Shown: positions 7,972 to 17,327, numbered from the stretch's first letter. The stretch: 64,000 nt of DNA from a virus (IMGVR_UViG_3300027718_000006:71-64070); one strand, 5' to 3'. Notes: a model not told the origin generated them from the sequence alone. A program made the numbers and translations.

Positions 7972-7992
7972 TGAAAGGTAAGGGGATAGACT

Positions 7993-8862
7993 ATGGCAAC
8001 GAATAACTTTGGTAACCCTTACGATCACAACAATCCAAAAGCTATTGATATAGCAGACGTGAATAAATATACACTAGATGACTATGGTTTATCGGTAGAT
8101 GCTGTAAAGCTAAATCACTTCGGGGTAAGTGTTACAGACCCTCGTACAGGGGAGCACTTACCAGATGCTTTCTATAAAGCCAAGATAGAGGCAGCTGTAG
8201 CACAGGCAGAAAAGATGCTAGACATTGTTATTCTGCCTAGGTTGCTATCAGAACATCATGACTTCTATTCAAATGATTTTGGTAGTTACACATTTATTCA
8301 TACATTCCATAAGCCGATCTTACAGGTAGAGGCAGTACGCTTAGAGTACGGAGCTGGTTCTCTCTATAACTACCCTACTAAATGGTGGAGAGTCTATAAC
8401 CTTCCGGGGCACCTACAAATGCAGCCCAATACGTTGCTTTCAGGAGGTTCAGATGGATTATCTCTATTCCAAGCTTACTCAGCGTATCCGATGATTACAG
8501 GAGTTCCGGGGACAGTAGGAAATAACTTTGCGCCTCAGATGCTTCATGTAGAGTATGTAGGTGGAATGTTACCTCCTTCTCGTAGTGGAGTTACAGCTCC
8601 TAATGAGATGCACCCAGACTTATGGAACATGATCATTAAGCTTGCACTAAAAGAAGTCTTCGAACAGTGGGGACGCTTAATCATCGGTGCAGGTATCGCA
8701 AATATGTCTATTAGTATTGACGGTGTAAGCCAATCTATCGATACGACTCAATCAGCTATGTATGGTGGAGCTAGTGCCGATATCGTACAGCTAGATCAAG
8801 ATATACAAAACTTGTACAGAGGATTAAAGTCTTACTACGGAAATAACCTAGGACTTATCTAA
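7993..8862 (+). CDS. Virion structural protein (head-tail connector/neck)
   Basis: Position in the structural operon; EQWGRLIIGAGIA.MSISIDGVSQSIDTTQSAMYGGASA motif. Confidence 0.7.
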   Translation: MATNNFGNPYDHNNPKAIDIADVNKYTLDDYGLSVDAVKLNHFGVSVTDPRTGEHLPDAFYKAKIEAAVAQAEKMLDIVILPRLLSEHHDFYSNDFGSYTFIHTFHKPILQVEAVRLEYGAGSLYNYPTKWWRVYNLPGHLQMQPNTLLSGGSDGLSLFQAYSAYPMITGVPGTVGNNFAPQMLHVEYVGGMLPPSRSGVTAPNEMHPDLWNMIIKLALKEVFEQWGRLIIGAGIANMSISIDGVSQSIDTTQSAMYGGASADIVQLDQDIQNLYRGLKSYYGNNLGLI

Positions 8863-8876
8863 AGGAGGGATAACAA

Positions 8877-9668
8877 ATGGCAGATAAACCGTCCATTCTA
8901 GGCACCATGTCTACCGCTGGATTGCGTACAGATATGTTAGATGTATCAACAAATTCCATGAGTATCCCTACCCTTTGGGAGAAATCGTATCTTTGTCCTT
9001 GTAGACATAAAGCAACTAAACAGCCTAATCAAGCTTGTAACAGGTGCCACGGGAGAGGGATTGCGTATCTCCCTCCTAAGCCTGTTAAAATTATTGTCCA
9101 GTCCCAAGAGAAAGGCGTATTCAATGCTGATCTAGGGCTAATGGATTCAGGGACAGCTATTGGTACACCAGCGGATAGAGAATTTAGAGCAGCATTTAGA
9201 GACCGTATTACAATAACTACTGCATTAGTGTCACAATCTTTTATTTTTGATGTATCGGATAAGCGTATTCAAAACGGTTTCTATATGATCTACGATGTTA
9301 AGGAAATTGAGTTTGCTACTACAATCGACTCTGAGCTTACTGAAGGTGTTGACTATACAGTTGATGTTAATAAGAATCTGTTTTTTCCTAAAGAGCACTT
9401 AAAAGGAAAAATGGTTTCTATTAATATCCTAACTACTCTTCGTTATATGATTGCTGACCTGCTTAAGGAACATCGTTACGCTCCTGACCAATCTGGAAAG
9501 CTAGTAAAAACTCCTCAGAAACTTCTTCTTAAACGTGAAGACTTGTTTATCGACAAAGAGGCGTTCGAAATTGGCGTTAACGATGCAGAGGTAGGGGAAA
9601 TGGTTGACACGAAGAGAAAACCTTCCACAGACGGTCTTAACGGTTTCTTTAGAGGTAGTGGTCAATAA
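8877..9668 (+). CDS. Virion structural protein (head closure/neck)
   Basis: LWEKSYLCPCR...QPNQACNRCHGRG zinc-type motif; synteny. Confidence 0.65.
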   Translation: MADKPSILGTMSTAGLRTDMLDVSTNSMSIPTLWEKSYLCPCRHKATKQPNQACNRCHGRGIAYLPPKPVKIIVQSQEKGVFNADLGLMDSGTAIGTPADREFRAAFRDRITITTALVSQSFIFDVSDKRIQNGFYMIYDVKEIEFATTIDSELTEGVDYTVDVNKNLFFPKEHLKGKMVSINILTTLRYMIADLLKEHRYAPDQSGKLVKTPQKLLLKREDLFIDKEAFEIGVNDAEVGEMVDTKRKPSTDGLNGFFRGSGQ

Positions 9669-10291
9669 TGGCTAGAAGACCTAAGCTGTTTCAAAGTAAG
9701 CAGGCTACAAAGTCTATTATGGAGCGGATTGGAAATGTACTCGTAGAGAAGACATTGGATGCAGGTATGCAGGCTATTAGAGGACAAAATCCAAAGGATA
9801 TTAAAGTGTCTCGAAAGCCTAAATACCTTGAAGTTACAGAGGAACGATTGAACAAACTTGGAGTAATTGACCTTAAGCCTTACTTTTCTAAAAGCTCTCA
9901 CAAGATTAGAAAGAAAGGCGGAGGCTGGTATCTTAGAATACCTATCCCTCGTAGAAAGAAAAATATGTCTAGTCGTATGTATAACCAGTTACGATCTATC
10001 AATATAGCTCCTGAGCAACAACGTACCGTTATCTCTGACTATCTCTATGATAGAAGACGTGAATCAGGCTCTACAATGCTTAACTACGAGCCGAAGTCGT
10101 ATAATATAAGTAAGCAGCGTACAGGTAAAAGAAAGCATACGTACGTAGCATACAGAACGGTTTCAAACGATTCACCACCTAGTAGCTGGATTCTAAATAG
10201 GGACAAGGTAAATGAAACAGATACATCTAAAACATTCGTCAAAAATGTTGATAGATTAATGAAATGGAAGATGAAAAATGGGTGGGAATGA
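9668..10291 (+). CDS. Basic neck/tail completion protein
   Basis: Coupled to the previous gene; K/R-rich; synteny. Confidence 0.6.
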   Translation: MARRPKLFQSKQATKSIMERIGNVLVEKTLDAGMQAIRGQNPKDIKVSRKPKYLEVTEERLNKLGVIDLKPYFSKSSHKIRKKGGGWYLRIPIPRRKKNMSSRMYNQLRSINIAPEQQRTVISDYLYDRRRESGSTMLNYEPKSYNISKQRTGKRKHTYVAYRTVSNDSPPSSWILNRDKVNETDTSKTFVKNVDRLMKWKMKNGWE

Positions 10292-10314
10292 TCGATATAG
10301 GAGGAAGGTAAACT

Positions 10315-11163
10315 ATGTTACCTAGTATTGATACGTATTTATATAATGAATTAGAAGAGAAATTACAAATTATCTTATCGAACCGCTATATTATAGAAGA
10401 AATCTTAAAGGATATACAACCTGATATAGCAGCAAACTTTATGAGGGCTTATACGGGTGATAACGCTAGGGAAATTCCTATCGTATACACAATGCCCCAA
10501 ACCAAAGAAAAACAGCAAGGAGCCATCTATATCGGGCTTAGAGAAGGTGCAGAGTCGAAGACAAGCTTAGGAAATATCGAAGGGACCTACGAAGTTAAAG
10601 AAGACGGTCTTGTAAAAGAGCTTTCTACGATTCAAGCAGATGAAGATAAGACTCATTGTTTCTTCGAATTAGACATGAAGATCGCTTATCTCAATAATGT
10701 TGAAGGCATTCAATTTGCTGCAAGCGACAATGTACGCTACAGCCAAAACCGTATCTACTTTACATATGACCCAGAGTTAGTAGGAAGACAGCACTACGTC
10801 AACTACGTAACAATGGCAGGAGATGAGGTAGGGCTAAAGAAAGGTTTTACAGCAACCGAGATGTATTCCATTCTAGTTGTTTCAACCAACATGGATACAG
10901 TCCGATGTATTGACCTAATCGTAAAAGCTATCCTAATTCTAATGCGTAGTAACCCGGAAGAGCTTAGCAGCCTTTTGTTGCAAAGACTACAGTTCGGTCA
11001 GATCGAGGAAATCCCGGTCGGAACTGAAGACAACCCGGAGATATTATATGGTAGAGAATCCATTGTAACTTATACAACCTCTTACAGTTTGGATGCTCCG
11101 ATACTAGATACAGTATTGAAGGAAATTAAACTTAACATTAAATACGATACGGAGGGAAGTTAA
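10315..11163 (+). CDS. Tail terminator/completion protein
   Basis: SD ggaggaagg; position just upstream of the sheath gene; MLPSIDTYLY start. Confidence 0.6.
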   Translation: MLPSIDTYLYNELEEKLQIILSNRYIIEEILKDIQPDIAANFMRAYTGDNAREIPIVYTMPQTKEKQQGAIYIGLREGAESKTSLGNIEGTYEVKEDGLVKELSTIQADEDKTHCFFELDMKIAYLNNVEGIQFAASDNVRYSQNRIYFTYDPELVGRQHYVNYVTMAGDEVGLKKGFTATEMYSILVVSTNMDTVRCIDLIVKAILILMRSNPEELSSLLLQRLQFGQIEEIPVGTEDNPEILYGRESIVTYTTSYSLDAPILDTVLKEIKLNIKYDTEGS

Positions 11164-11403
11164 ATGGCTGAGAAAAATAAAAAGGACGTAGAAGCTTCTG
11201 AGAAAAAAGAGCAAGAGAAAAAAGAAGCAGAAGCTCCAAAGCCTTATATCCACATCGATACATTCTTACAAACTGCTATCCCTATGTTCGATCTATCTCG
11301 AGTACAGGCAGCAGGTTTTAAGGCTATGATGCGAGGTCGTCACTATCAAAATGACGAGCAAGTGTTTGTAGATGAGTTAAAGAAACATTTCAAGATTGAC
11401 TAA
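11164..11403 (+). CDS. Small hypothetical protein
   Basis: SD ggaggga; coupled position before the sheath gene. Confidence 0.7.
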   Translation: MAEKNKKDVEASEKKEQEKKEAEAPKPYIHIDTFLQTAIPMFDLSRVQAAGFKAMMRGRHYQNDEQVFVDELKKHFKID

Positions 11404-11434
11404 ATTATTTTAAGTAGAGAGGATGACACAAACT

Positions 11435-13144
11435 ATGGCAACATCTTACGGTTACGATCGTCAACGCCCACGTACAGAGATTTTCTTGGATGCTAGTTCT
11501 TTAGGAGCTGCAAACTCTCGTTCAGAAAAGCCTCTAGTATTAATCGGTTCTGCTAATGGCGGAGAGCCAAATGTACCACACGTTATTTCTAACTTTGCTC
11601 AAGCTCGAGACTTATTTCGTGGCGGAGAATTGTTAGACGCTATCGAGATGGCATGGAACCCTTCTCCCAACATTTCAGGAGCAGGTAAAATCGTTGCTAT
11701 CCGTTCTGACCAAGCTACGCAAGCAAAATTAACACAAGGAGCTCTAACATTCACTTCTAAGCTTTACGGTGTGGACGCTAACTCTATTCAGGTAGAAATG
11801 ACAAACAACGCACTTACAAGCTCTAAACGTGTCTCTGTATACTTTACAAAAGAGCGTTATGAAAAAGTGTACGATAACATCGGTAATATCTTCACTGTAC
11901 GTTACACAGGTACAAGCGCTGTGGCTACAGTAGAAGTACAAGTAGACAGTACTTCTAAACTAGCTACTAAGTTAGTTCTTAAAGCTGGTGCTGATGCAGG
12001 TTCCGCTACTGCTGTTCGTACATACGAACTAGGAGAAGGAGTTTACGAAGACGTTCACGTTCTAGTAAATGATATTAACAACTTACCAGATTTCGAAGCT
12101 AAGATGATTGTTTTAGGTGGTAACAAAAACATCCAAACACAATATCTTGACGTTCTAGCATCGACTGATATTAAAGCTAAAGATGCAACTGTAAAAGCTG
12201 TCGGAGCAGACTTAGAGACGCAAATGGCTAACGATACGTATGTAGAAGTTAGCGTAGATCGTACTCAAGCCGTTCCAGCTACAATTGCACTTACTAGTTT
12301 ATCTGGTGCAGAAACAGAACCAGCTCCTGCTTCATGGGCTAGCCTGTTCGAAGCAATCTCTGGTCTAGATGCTTACTACATCACACCATTAACATCTGAT
12401 GCAGCTATCCACGGAGAGCTTTCACAGTTCTTACGTGATGAGTCTAATGCTGGTATGCACTTACGAGGAATCGTTGGTGGAGGACTAGGAGAGTCTGAAG
12501 ACGAACTTCGTTCTCGTCAAATGAACCTTCGTAATTCCCGTGTAGGAGTGGTAGGTGACTCAGGTACACGCCGTATGGCTGATGGACGAGTTTATAACTT
12601 CCCTGCTTACATGTACGCTGCTCTAGTTGCAGGTATCGCTAGTGGACTAGAAGTCGGAGAGCCATTGACTTACAAAAAAGTCAATATCGAAGCTCTAGAT
12701 CGCAAGTTTACAGGAGACCAGCTTGACCAGTTAAATAACTCAGGAGTTATCATGACGGAATTTGTTCGTACTCGTACGTCATCTCACTTCCGTATCGTAA
12801 GTGACCCAACTACTTACAACGTAACTACTGAGCCAGTACAAAACCGTATCTCTTTAGGAGAGGTTTCTGACTTCTTAACTACAGAGCTACGTGAGGTACT
12901 AGATAACGAGTTTATCGGAACACGTATCCGTAGTACGTCTGCTTCTATCATCAAAAACCGTGTTGAGTCATTCCTAGATCAACAAAAGAAAGTTAACGGT
13001 TTAATCGTTGATTACAGCCCAGATGACGTACAAGTTGTTATCTCTGGTAACACTGCTCGTATCAACTTAACTGTACAACCGTCTCAAGGCTTAGACTTCA
13101 TTAACGTATACATCACGTATGAGGATAATGAACTAACAGCTTAA
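11435..13144 (+). CDS. Tail sheath protein (probable start ATG 11435; track starts at 11423)
   Basis: RPRTEIFLDAS.LG.ANSRSEKPL.LIGSA.GG.P, GGELLDAIEMAWNP, SLGEVSDFLTTELR: a contractile sheath. Confidence 0.93.
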   Translation: MATSYGYDRQRPRTEIFLDASSLGAANSRSEKPLVLIGSANGGEPNVPHVISNFAQARDLFRGGELLDAIEMAWNPSPNISGAGKIVAIRSDQATQAKLTQGALTFTSKLYGVDANSIQVEMTNNALTSSKRVSVYFTKERYEKVYDNIGNIFTVRYTGTSAVATVEVQVDSTSKLATKLVLKAGADAGSATAVRTYELGEGVYEDVHVLVNDINNLPDFEAKMIVLGGNKNIQTQYLDVLASTDIKAKDATVKAVGADLETQMANDTYVEVSVDRTQAVPATIALTSLSGAETEPAPASWASLFEAISGLDAYYITPLTSDAAIHGELSQFLRDESNAGMHLRGIVGGGLGESEDELRSRQMNLRNSRVGVVGDSGTRRMADGRVYNFPAYMYAALVAGIASGLEVGEPLTYKKVNIEALDRKFTGDQLDQLNNSGVIMTEFVRTRTSSHFRIVSDPTTYNVTTEPVQNRISLGEVSDFLTTELREVLDNEFIGTRIRSTSASIIKNRVESFLDQQKKVNGLIVDYSPDDVQVVISGNTARINLTVQPSQGLDFINVYITYEDNELTA

Positions 13145-13159
13145 GAGATTTAAGACTTA

Positions 13160-13183
13160 AGTAGGAGGGGAAACTCTCCTACT
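13160..13183 (+). terminator. Hairpin between sheath and tube genes (weak terminator or processing site)
   Basis: agtaggag(g)-ggaaa-(t)ctcctact stem with no strong U tract. Confidence 0.45.
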
Positions 13184-13212
13184 AATTTACTAAAGAATTG
13201 GAGTGAAATTGG

Positions 13213-13638
13213 ATGGCATCTGTAACTAACCAGACAGTACAATCCGCTAACACGGTTTATTTTATGATCAAGAATGTGCCGATTGCCCGAGCTCAATCAA
13301 TCTCTGCGGAACGTAGTTTCGGTACTACAGGGGTATACCAAATCGGTTCTATCATGCCTCAAGAACACGTCTACTTACGTTATGAAGGTTCTGTAACAGT
13401 AGAACGTTTCCGTATGAAGAAAGAGAACTTAGCTTCTCTAGGCTTTGCGGCTCTTGGAGAAGAAGTTCTACAAATGGACATTATGGACATCGTACTTTAT
13501 GACAACTACACTCAAGAGGTAGTAGTAGCATACCGTGGATGCTCTATCGATACGTATTCAGAAAGTACAAGTGTCGGAGAAATCTCATCTGAGAGTGCTC
13601 GATTCTACTTCTTAACTTCTGCTAACGTACGAGGATAA
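13213..13638 (+). CDS. Tail tube protein
   Basis: MASVTNQTVQSANTVYFMIKNVPIARAQSISAERSFGTTGVYQIGSIMPQEHVYL, directly after the sheath gene. Confidence 0.9.
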   Translation: MASVTNQTVQSANTVYFMIKNVPIARAQSISAERSFGTTGVYQIGSIMPQEHVYLRYEGSVTVERFRMKKENLASLGFAALGEEVLQMDIMDIVLYDNYTQEVVVAYRGCSIDTYSESTSVGEISSESARFYFLTSANVRG

Positions 13639-13642
13639 TAAG

Positions 13643-13672
13643 AAGAAGACCTACATGGTCTTCTTTTTTTTT
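13643..13672 (+). terminator. Intrinsic terminator after the tail tube gene
   Basis: aagaagacc-tacat-ggtcttctt followed by a T run. Confidence 0.85.
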
Positions 13673-13688
13673 ATATAGCTTCCTATAT

Positions 13689-13716
13689 GTTACAGTTCGT
13701 TTACAATACTGTAACA
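13689..13716 (-). promoter_or_regulatory. Triple WalR/YycF-type box (TGTWAH-N5-TGTWAH-N5-TGTWAH)
   Basis: The minus strand reads TGTTAC-agtat-TGTAAA-cgaac-TGTAAC, upstream of a YocH-like gene. Confidence 0.6.
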
Positions 13717-13726
13717 TTCCGGGTTT

Positions 13727-13756
13727 TTGCTATTAAGTGTGTTACATTAGTATAGT
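13727..13756 (+). promoter_or_regulatory. Possible sigma-A promoter of the 3D-domain gene
   Basis: TTGCTA-18 nt-TATAGT; the -10 sits in the inverted repeat ttacatta-gtatag-taatgtaa. Confidence 0.4.
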
Positions 13757-13788
13757 AATGTAAAAGACCAGAGAGGGGCAAGACTATT

Positions 13789-14385
13789 ATGAGACTTAAA
13801 AAGATTTTAGTAACAGGGGCGGCTACACTAGGTATTCTTTTCGGAGGAGGCATTGCAGCTTCAGCAGCAGAGAATCAAAGTGTAGTAGATTATTTATATG
13901 TAAAAGGTGAGGACTATAGCTTTGCTCATCGATCACAGCTAGCAGTACAAAATGGTATTGCAGGGTATAAAGGAACTGCCAACCAGAACTTAACTTTACT
14001 AGCTAAATTAAAAGGAACAACAGTTACTGCACCAGTACAGTCAACAACAGCTCCAGCAGCTAAGCCAGCTACAACTACAGAAGCACAACCTAGCGGAAAA
14101 ACAATGACAATGACTGCTACAGCATACACAGCAAATTGCGCTGGGTGTTCAGGAGTTACATACACAGGCATTAATCTGAAAGCTAACCCTAACCAAAAGG
14201 TAATTGCGGTAGACCCTAGAGTTATCCCATTAGGCTCTAAAGTATATGTAGAAGGATACGGAACAGCTATTGCAGGAGATACGGGAGGCGCAATTAAAGG
14301 TAACCGTATTGACGTATTCATTTCAGATCAATCGTCTGCTATGGCATATGGAATCAAAACAGTTAAAGTAACAATCTTAAATTAG
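13789..14385 (+). CDS. Secreted 3D-domain cell-wall protein (YocH-like C-terminus; DUF3597-like N-terminal domain)
   Basis: Signal peptide MRLKKILV...AASA; SVVDYLYVKGEDYSFAHR...YKGTANQN; ATAYT...VIAVDPRVIPLGSKVYVEGYG.AIAGDTGGAIKGNRIDVF. Confidence 0.9.
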   Translation: MRLKKILVTGAATLGILFGGGIAASAAENQSVVDYLYVKGEDYSFAHRSQLAVQNGIAGYKGTANQNLTLLAKLKGTTVTAPVQSTTAPAAKPATTTEAQPSGKTMTMTATAYTANCAGCSGVTYTGINLKANPNQKVIAVDPRVIPLGSKVYVEGYGTAIAGDTGGAIKGNRIDVFISDQSSAMAYGIKTVKVTILN

Positions 14386-14389
14386 TAGA

Positions 14390-14423
14390 GAGGCACCCTT
14401 TATGGGTGTCTTTTGCTATATTA
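14390..14423 (+). terminator. Terminator overlapping a late-type promoter
   Basis: gaggcaccc-tttat-gggtgtctt-tt, then TGCTATATTA at 14414-14423. Confidence 0.65.
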
Positions 14424-14459
14424 TAGGGGTATTAATACATAACGATCGGAGGTAAGACA

Positions 14460-16274
14460 ATGACAGATATGTTTCGTGATAACGTGTATGGGAACTACCC
14501 GGACCCACATAAAAGGATGGACGAGTTAGAAGATCATATAGATAGTCAACGTAATACAACTGACAGCCTACAGAGAAAAACTAAGTGGGTTGACATTGTA
14601 ACTGACTTCGGAGCAGACCCTACAGGGTTAACGAATAGTACAACCGCTATCAAAACAGCTTTCCAATACGCAAAAAATAATGGAATCAAAAGAGTTGTTG
14701 CACCAGAGGGAACCTTTCTAGTAGATGCAAGTAAGTCTTCAAATTTTACATCGTTCACAATTTTTAACGGAATAACTTTCGAAGGGAGCGGATACAACAC
14801 TGTTTTTAAAGTAAACCCATCTAGTATCAACTCAAACGGATATTGGAAGTTATTTTATTTCGAAAGTAACGTAGTATTAAATAATTTCAGAGTTGATGGA
14901 CAAAAAGATAAAATCAATAGAACGGGATTAACGAGCTTAGACTTTATCCCTATATATCCCTCTACTGAGTATACTACAGGGTATATTGCCGATATGCTCT
15001 GGATACATGATGTTATAGGTGTAAACTTAGAGAGCTTCGGAATCACTACCAGATCGGGAGACTCAAATGTAAAGTTCCGAAACATAAGAGGATGGAACGT
15101 AGAGGGGACTCCTGTTCACGTTTCTGGTGACTACTTAAACAATAAGTTAGTAAAAGACGTTGAAGTTTCGAATTGTGATGTGTACTATAATACTTGGCAA
15201 GGTATTAGTGTATACGGTGGGGAAGATGTAGTATTGAGAAATATCAAATCCTACGGAAACGCTACAAACGGGTTAAACTTTGAATGGTGTAAGGAAGTAA
15301 GGGTCCACGATAGCGCTGCTTATGATAACGGTGCAGGCATTGGTACATTTGGTAAAGCTAATGTAAAAGTTTACGATTCTCAAATATACAACAATGCTAA
15401 ATCTGTTCAAAACGCTGAGATAGCTATAAACGTGGGTTCATGGTATACAGGTAATTTAAAAGGGAATGCAGGAGTCGTTGAATTTCATAATTGCCGTGTT
15501 ACTCCATCTACAGTAGATAAATACCATTTACACATAGATTCTGATGACACAGTAACAGAAGGGATATCTATACCAGATAAGGTAGTAGTTAACTCATTTG
15601 ACGGAAAAGATTGGCGTATAAAAGTAAAAGACTTTGATGGGACAAGTAAATCGAATGTTATTCTACCTTGCGTTCATTTTAATTCTCTACCTACTATCAA
15701 GCCTGTTGTAACAGGGAAGCTTTGGGATTGGGATGCAGGTGGAGGTGTTTCTTCTGTAAACTATACAGGTACTGATAAACTAAACCCTGATGCAGTTACT
15801 TACAGCTCTTCAGCACAATACCAAAATAGGAGAACAAAATATGTAATGAAACCTAACTCATTATATTTAGTGTCTTTTAGGGTTAAACCTTCAGATACTG
15901 GAGCTTGGTCTCTTTTTGCAAATGATCACCAAAATACGCAAGGAGCTTTAAAGACAGTTAGCTTTGGTGGCTCTAAATTAGCTAATAACTGGATTACAGG
16001 ACACATGCTAGTTAAAACTCCTTCCTTCTATCAGTGGAGATTACAAATGCAATGTAACTCAGCTGTAGCTAGTTCGATTGTTGTAGATTATATTACTGTC
16101 ACTGAGATTACGTCAACAGGGCAGAGTGACATGACTTTAGAGGGGACATGGGATAGGGAGCATCTTGTATTAGGTACTTATCGTATATGGGTTGACAGTA
16201 CAGGTAAACTCAGAATTAAAAATGGTGCTCCTACATCCGATACAGACGGAACAGTGATAGGAACGCAAACTTAA
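14460..16274 (+). CDS. Pectate-lyase-like right-handed beta-helix protein (putative depolymerase/tailspike)
   Basis: VDIVTDFGADPTGLTNSTTAIKTAF...VVAPEGTFLV N-cap, N-ladder repeats (YNTWQGISVYG, GNATNGLNFE), C-terminal HLVLGTYRIWVDSTGKLRIKNGAPTSDTDG motif. Confidence 0.8.
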   Translation: MTDMFRDNVYGNYPDPHKRMDELEDHIDSQRNTTDSLQRKTKWVDIVTDFGADPTGLTNSTTAIKTAFQYAKNNGIKRVVAPEGTFLVDASKSSNFTSFTIFNGITFEGSGYNTVFKVNPSSINSNGYWKLFYFESNVVLNNFRVDGQKDKINRTGLTSLDFIPIYPSTEYTTGYIADMLWIHDVIGVNLESFGITTRSGDSNVKFRNIRGWNVEGTPVHVSGDYLNNKLVKDVEVSNCDVYYNTWQGISVYGGEDVVLRNIKSYGNATNGLNFEWCKEVRVHDSAAYDNGAGIGTFGKANVKVYDSQIYNNAKSVQNAEIAINVGSWYTGNLKGNAGVVEFHNCRVTPSTVDKYHLHIDSDDTVTEGISIPDKVVVNSFDGKDWRIKVKDFDGTSKSNVILPCVHFNSLPTIKPVVTGKLWDWDAGGGVSSVNYTGTDKLNPDAVTYSSSAQYQNRRTKYVMKPNSLYLVSFRVKPSDTGAWSLFANDHQNTQGALKTVSFGGSKLANNWITGHMLVKTPSFYQWRLQMQCNSAVASSIVVDYITVTEITSTGQSDMTLEGTWDREHLVLGTYRIWVDSTGKLRIKNGAPTSDTDGTVIGTQT

Positions 16275-16301
16275 GACATCCGAAAGGGTGTCTTTTTTTT
16301 T
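16273..16301 (+). terminator. Intrinsic terminator, identical to 45940-45969
   Basis: aagacatcc-gaaa-gggtgtctt followed by a T run. Confidence 0.9.
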
Positions 16302-16316
16302 ATTTAAAATTTGATG

Positions 16317-16345
16317 TTGACTTAAAGAAAATCTAATTTTATACT
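16317..16345 (+). promoter_or_regulatory. Host sigma-A promoter
   Basis: TTGACT-17 nt-TATACT with AT-rich upstream sequence. Confidence 0.8.
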
Positions 16346-16378
16346 AATACAGTAAATTAATTAGTAGGAGTTGGTGAC

Positions 16379-16549
16379 ATGGCACTAAGAGAGCGACTGA
16401 CTGAAGAGCTGCTGGAACAGTTTGCAATAGAGTTCCGAAAGCTTCAAAACATGACATTCGAGCAGTACGTTGAATCTCAAATGAGACTAAGAGAACAAGA
16501 GAGCGTTAAAATGGAGAAAATCTTAAAAGGGTGGGGACATAATAAATGA
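16379..16549 (+). CDS. Small hypothetical protein, 56 aa (absent from the ORF track)
   Basis: SD aggag; MALRERLTEELLEQFAIEFRKLQNMTFEQYVESQMRLREQESVKMEKILKGWGHNK*; ATGA overlap with the next gene. Confidence 0.7.
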   Translation: MALRERLTEELLEQFAIEFRKLQNMTFEQYVESQMRLREQESVKMEKILKGWGHNK

Positions 16550-17226
16550 GTGTAACATTTACAGAGAGAAAAGCGCTAGAAGAATATATCGACTACATCA
16601 AAGAAGAAAGAGTACGACAGGAAGCTAGACATGCGGAACAAATGGACAAGTTAATGGATGAGTACAAATCTACTATCCAACGTTTAAGTAAATTAGATGA
16701 GATCGATAATGTACATCCTGTTCAGGCAGAGGTAGTCAACCAAGTTCAAGTAACTCCGGCAGAAGATATTGTAAAGTTAATTGAAGAACCGTCAACAGAA
16801 GAAGAGGAACCTGTTGTAGAGGAAGTTAAACCAAACACACAGGAAATCCAAAAGATGAAAAAAGAATCACTAGAAGAGGCTGTTGAACGGTTTAACAAGC
16901 GCTTTTTTGAACCTTTAAAGAAGGAGGTTGACCCAGAGCCAATTAATTATAGTCATGCAAAAGAGCTAACAAAAGATCAGGAATATAAAAAATCTCTTAA
17001 AAAAGGAGAACGCAAATCTACTCGAAGAGATGTACAAACAATCGCTCAGGAGATTATGCTATTCTTAAAGGAGATAGGCAGACCTGCTAAATCGGCTGAA
17101 ATCTTTACGCATTTAAAATCTAAAGGGTATAAGCTATCCTCTCCGTACGCATTGCTGTATCAAGCAAAAAATTATAACCCTAAAATTCAATCTGCTAGCT
17201 TCGGCTACTACCAATACAAGTTCTAA
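16546..17226 (+). CDS. Hypothetical coiled-coil protein with a possible C-terminal winged-helix domain
   Basis: C-terminal IAQEIMLFLKEIGRPAKSAEIFTHLKSKGY...GYYQY resembles a winged helix. Confidence 0.6.
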   Translation: MSVTFTERKALEEYIDYIKEERVRQEARHAEQMDKLMDEYKSTIQRLSKLDEIDNVHPVQAEVVNQVQVTPAEDIVKLIEEPSTEEEEPVVEEVKPNTQEIQKMKKESLEEAVERFNKRFFEPLKKEVDPEPINYSHAKELTKDQEYKKSLKKGERKSTRRDVQTIAQEIMLFLKEIGRPAKSAEIFTHLKSKGYKLSSPYALLYQAKNYNPKIQSASFGYYQYKF

Positions 17227-17252
17227 GCTGCTACTCATGTAGTAGCTTTTTT
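17225..17252 (+). terminator. Intrinsic terminator
   Basis: aagctgctac-tcat-gtagtagctt followed by a T run. Confidence 0.8.
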
Positions 17253-17255
17253 CTA

Positions 17256-17295
17256 TGCTATAATAAAGATAGATAAACTAAGTACTGCTATATTA
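17256..17295 (+). promoter_or_regulatory. Tandem promoter cassette (TGCTATAAT ... TGCTATATTA)
   Basis: Near-copy of the element at 39818-39855. Confidence 0.6.
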
Positions 17296-17327
17296 CTAGT
17301 AGAGACTACTACATAGGAGGATTAAAA

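Noticed and set aside
7781-7981. Alternative-frame ORF overlapping 7735-7971
   Set aside because: No SD; the other frame has a good SD and a plausible product.
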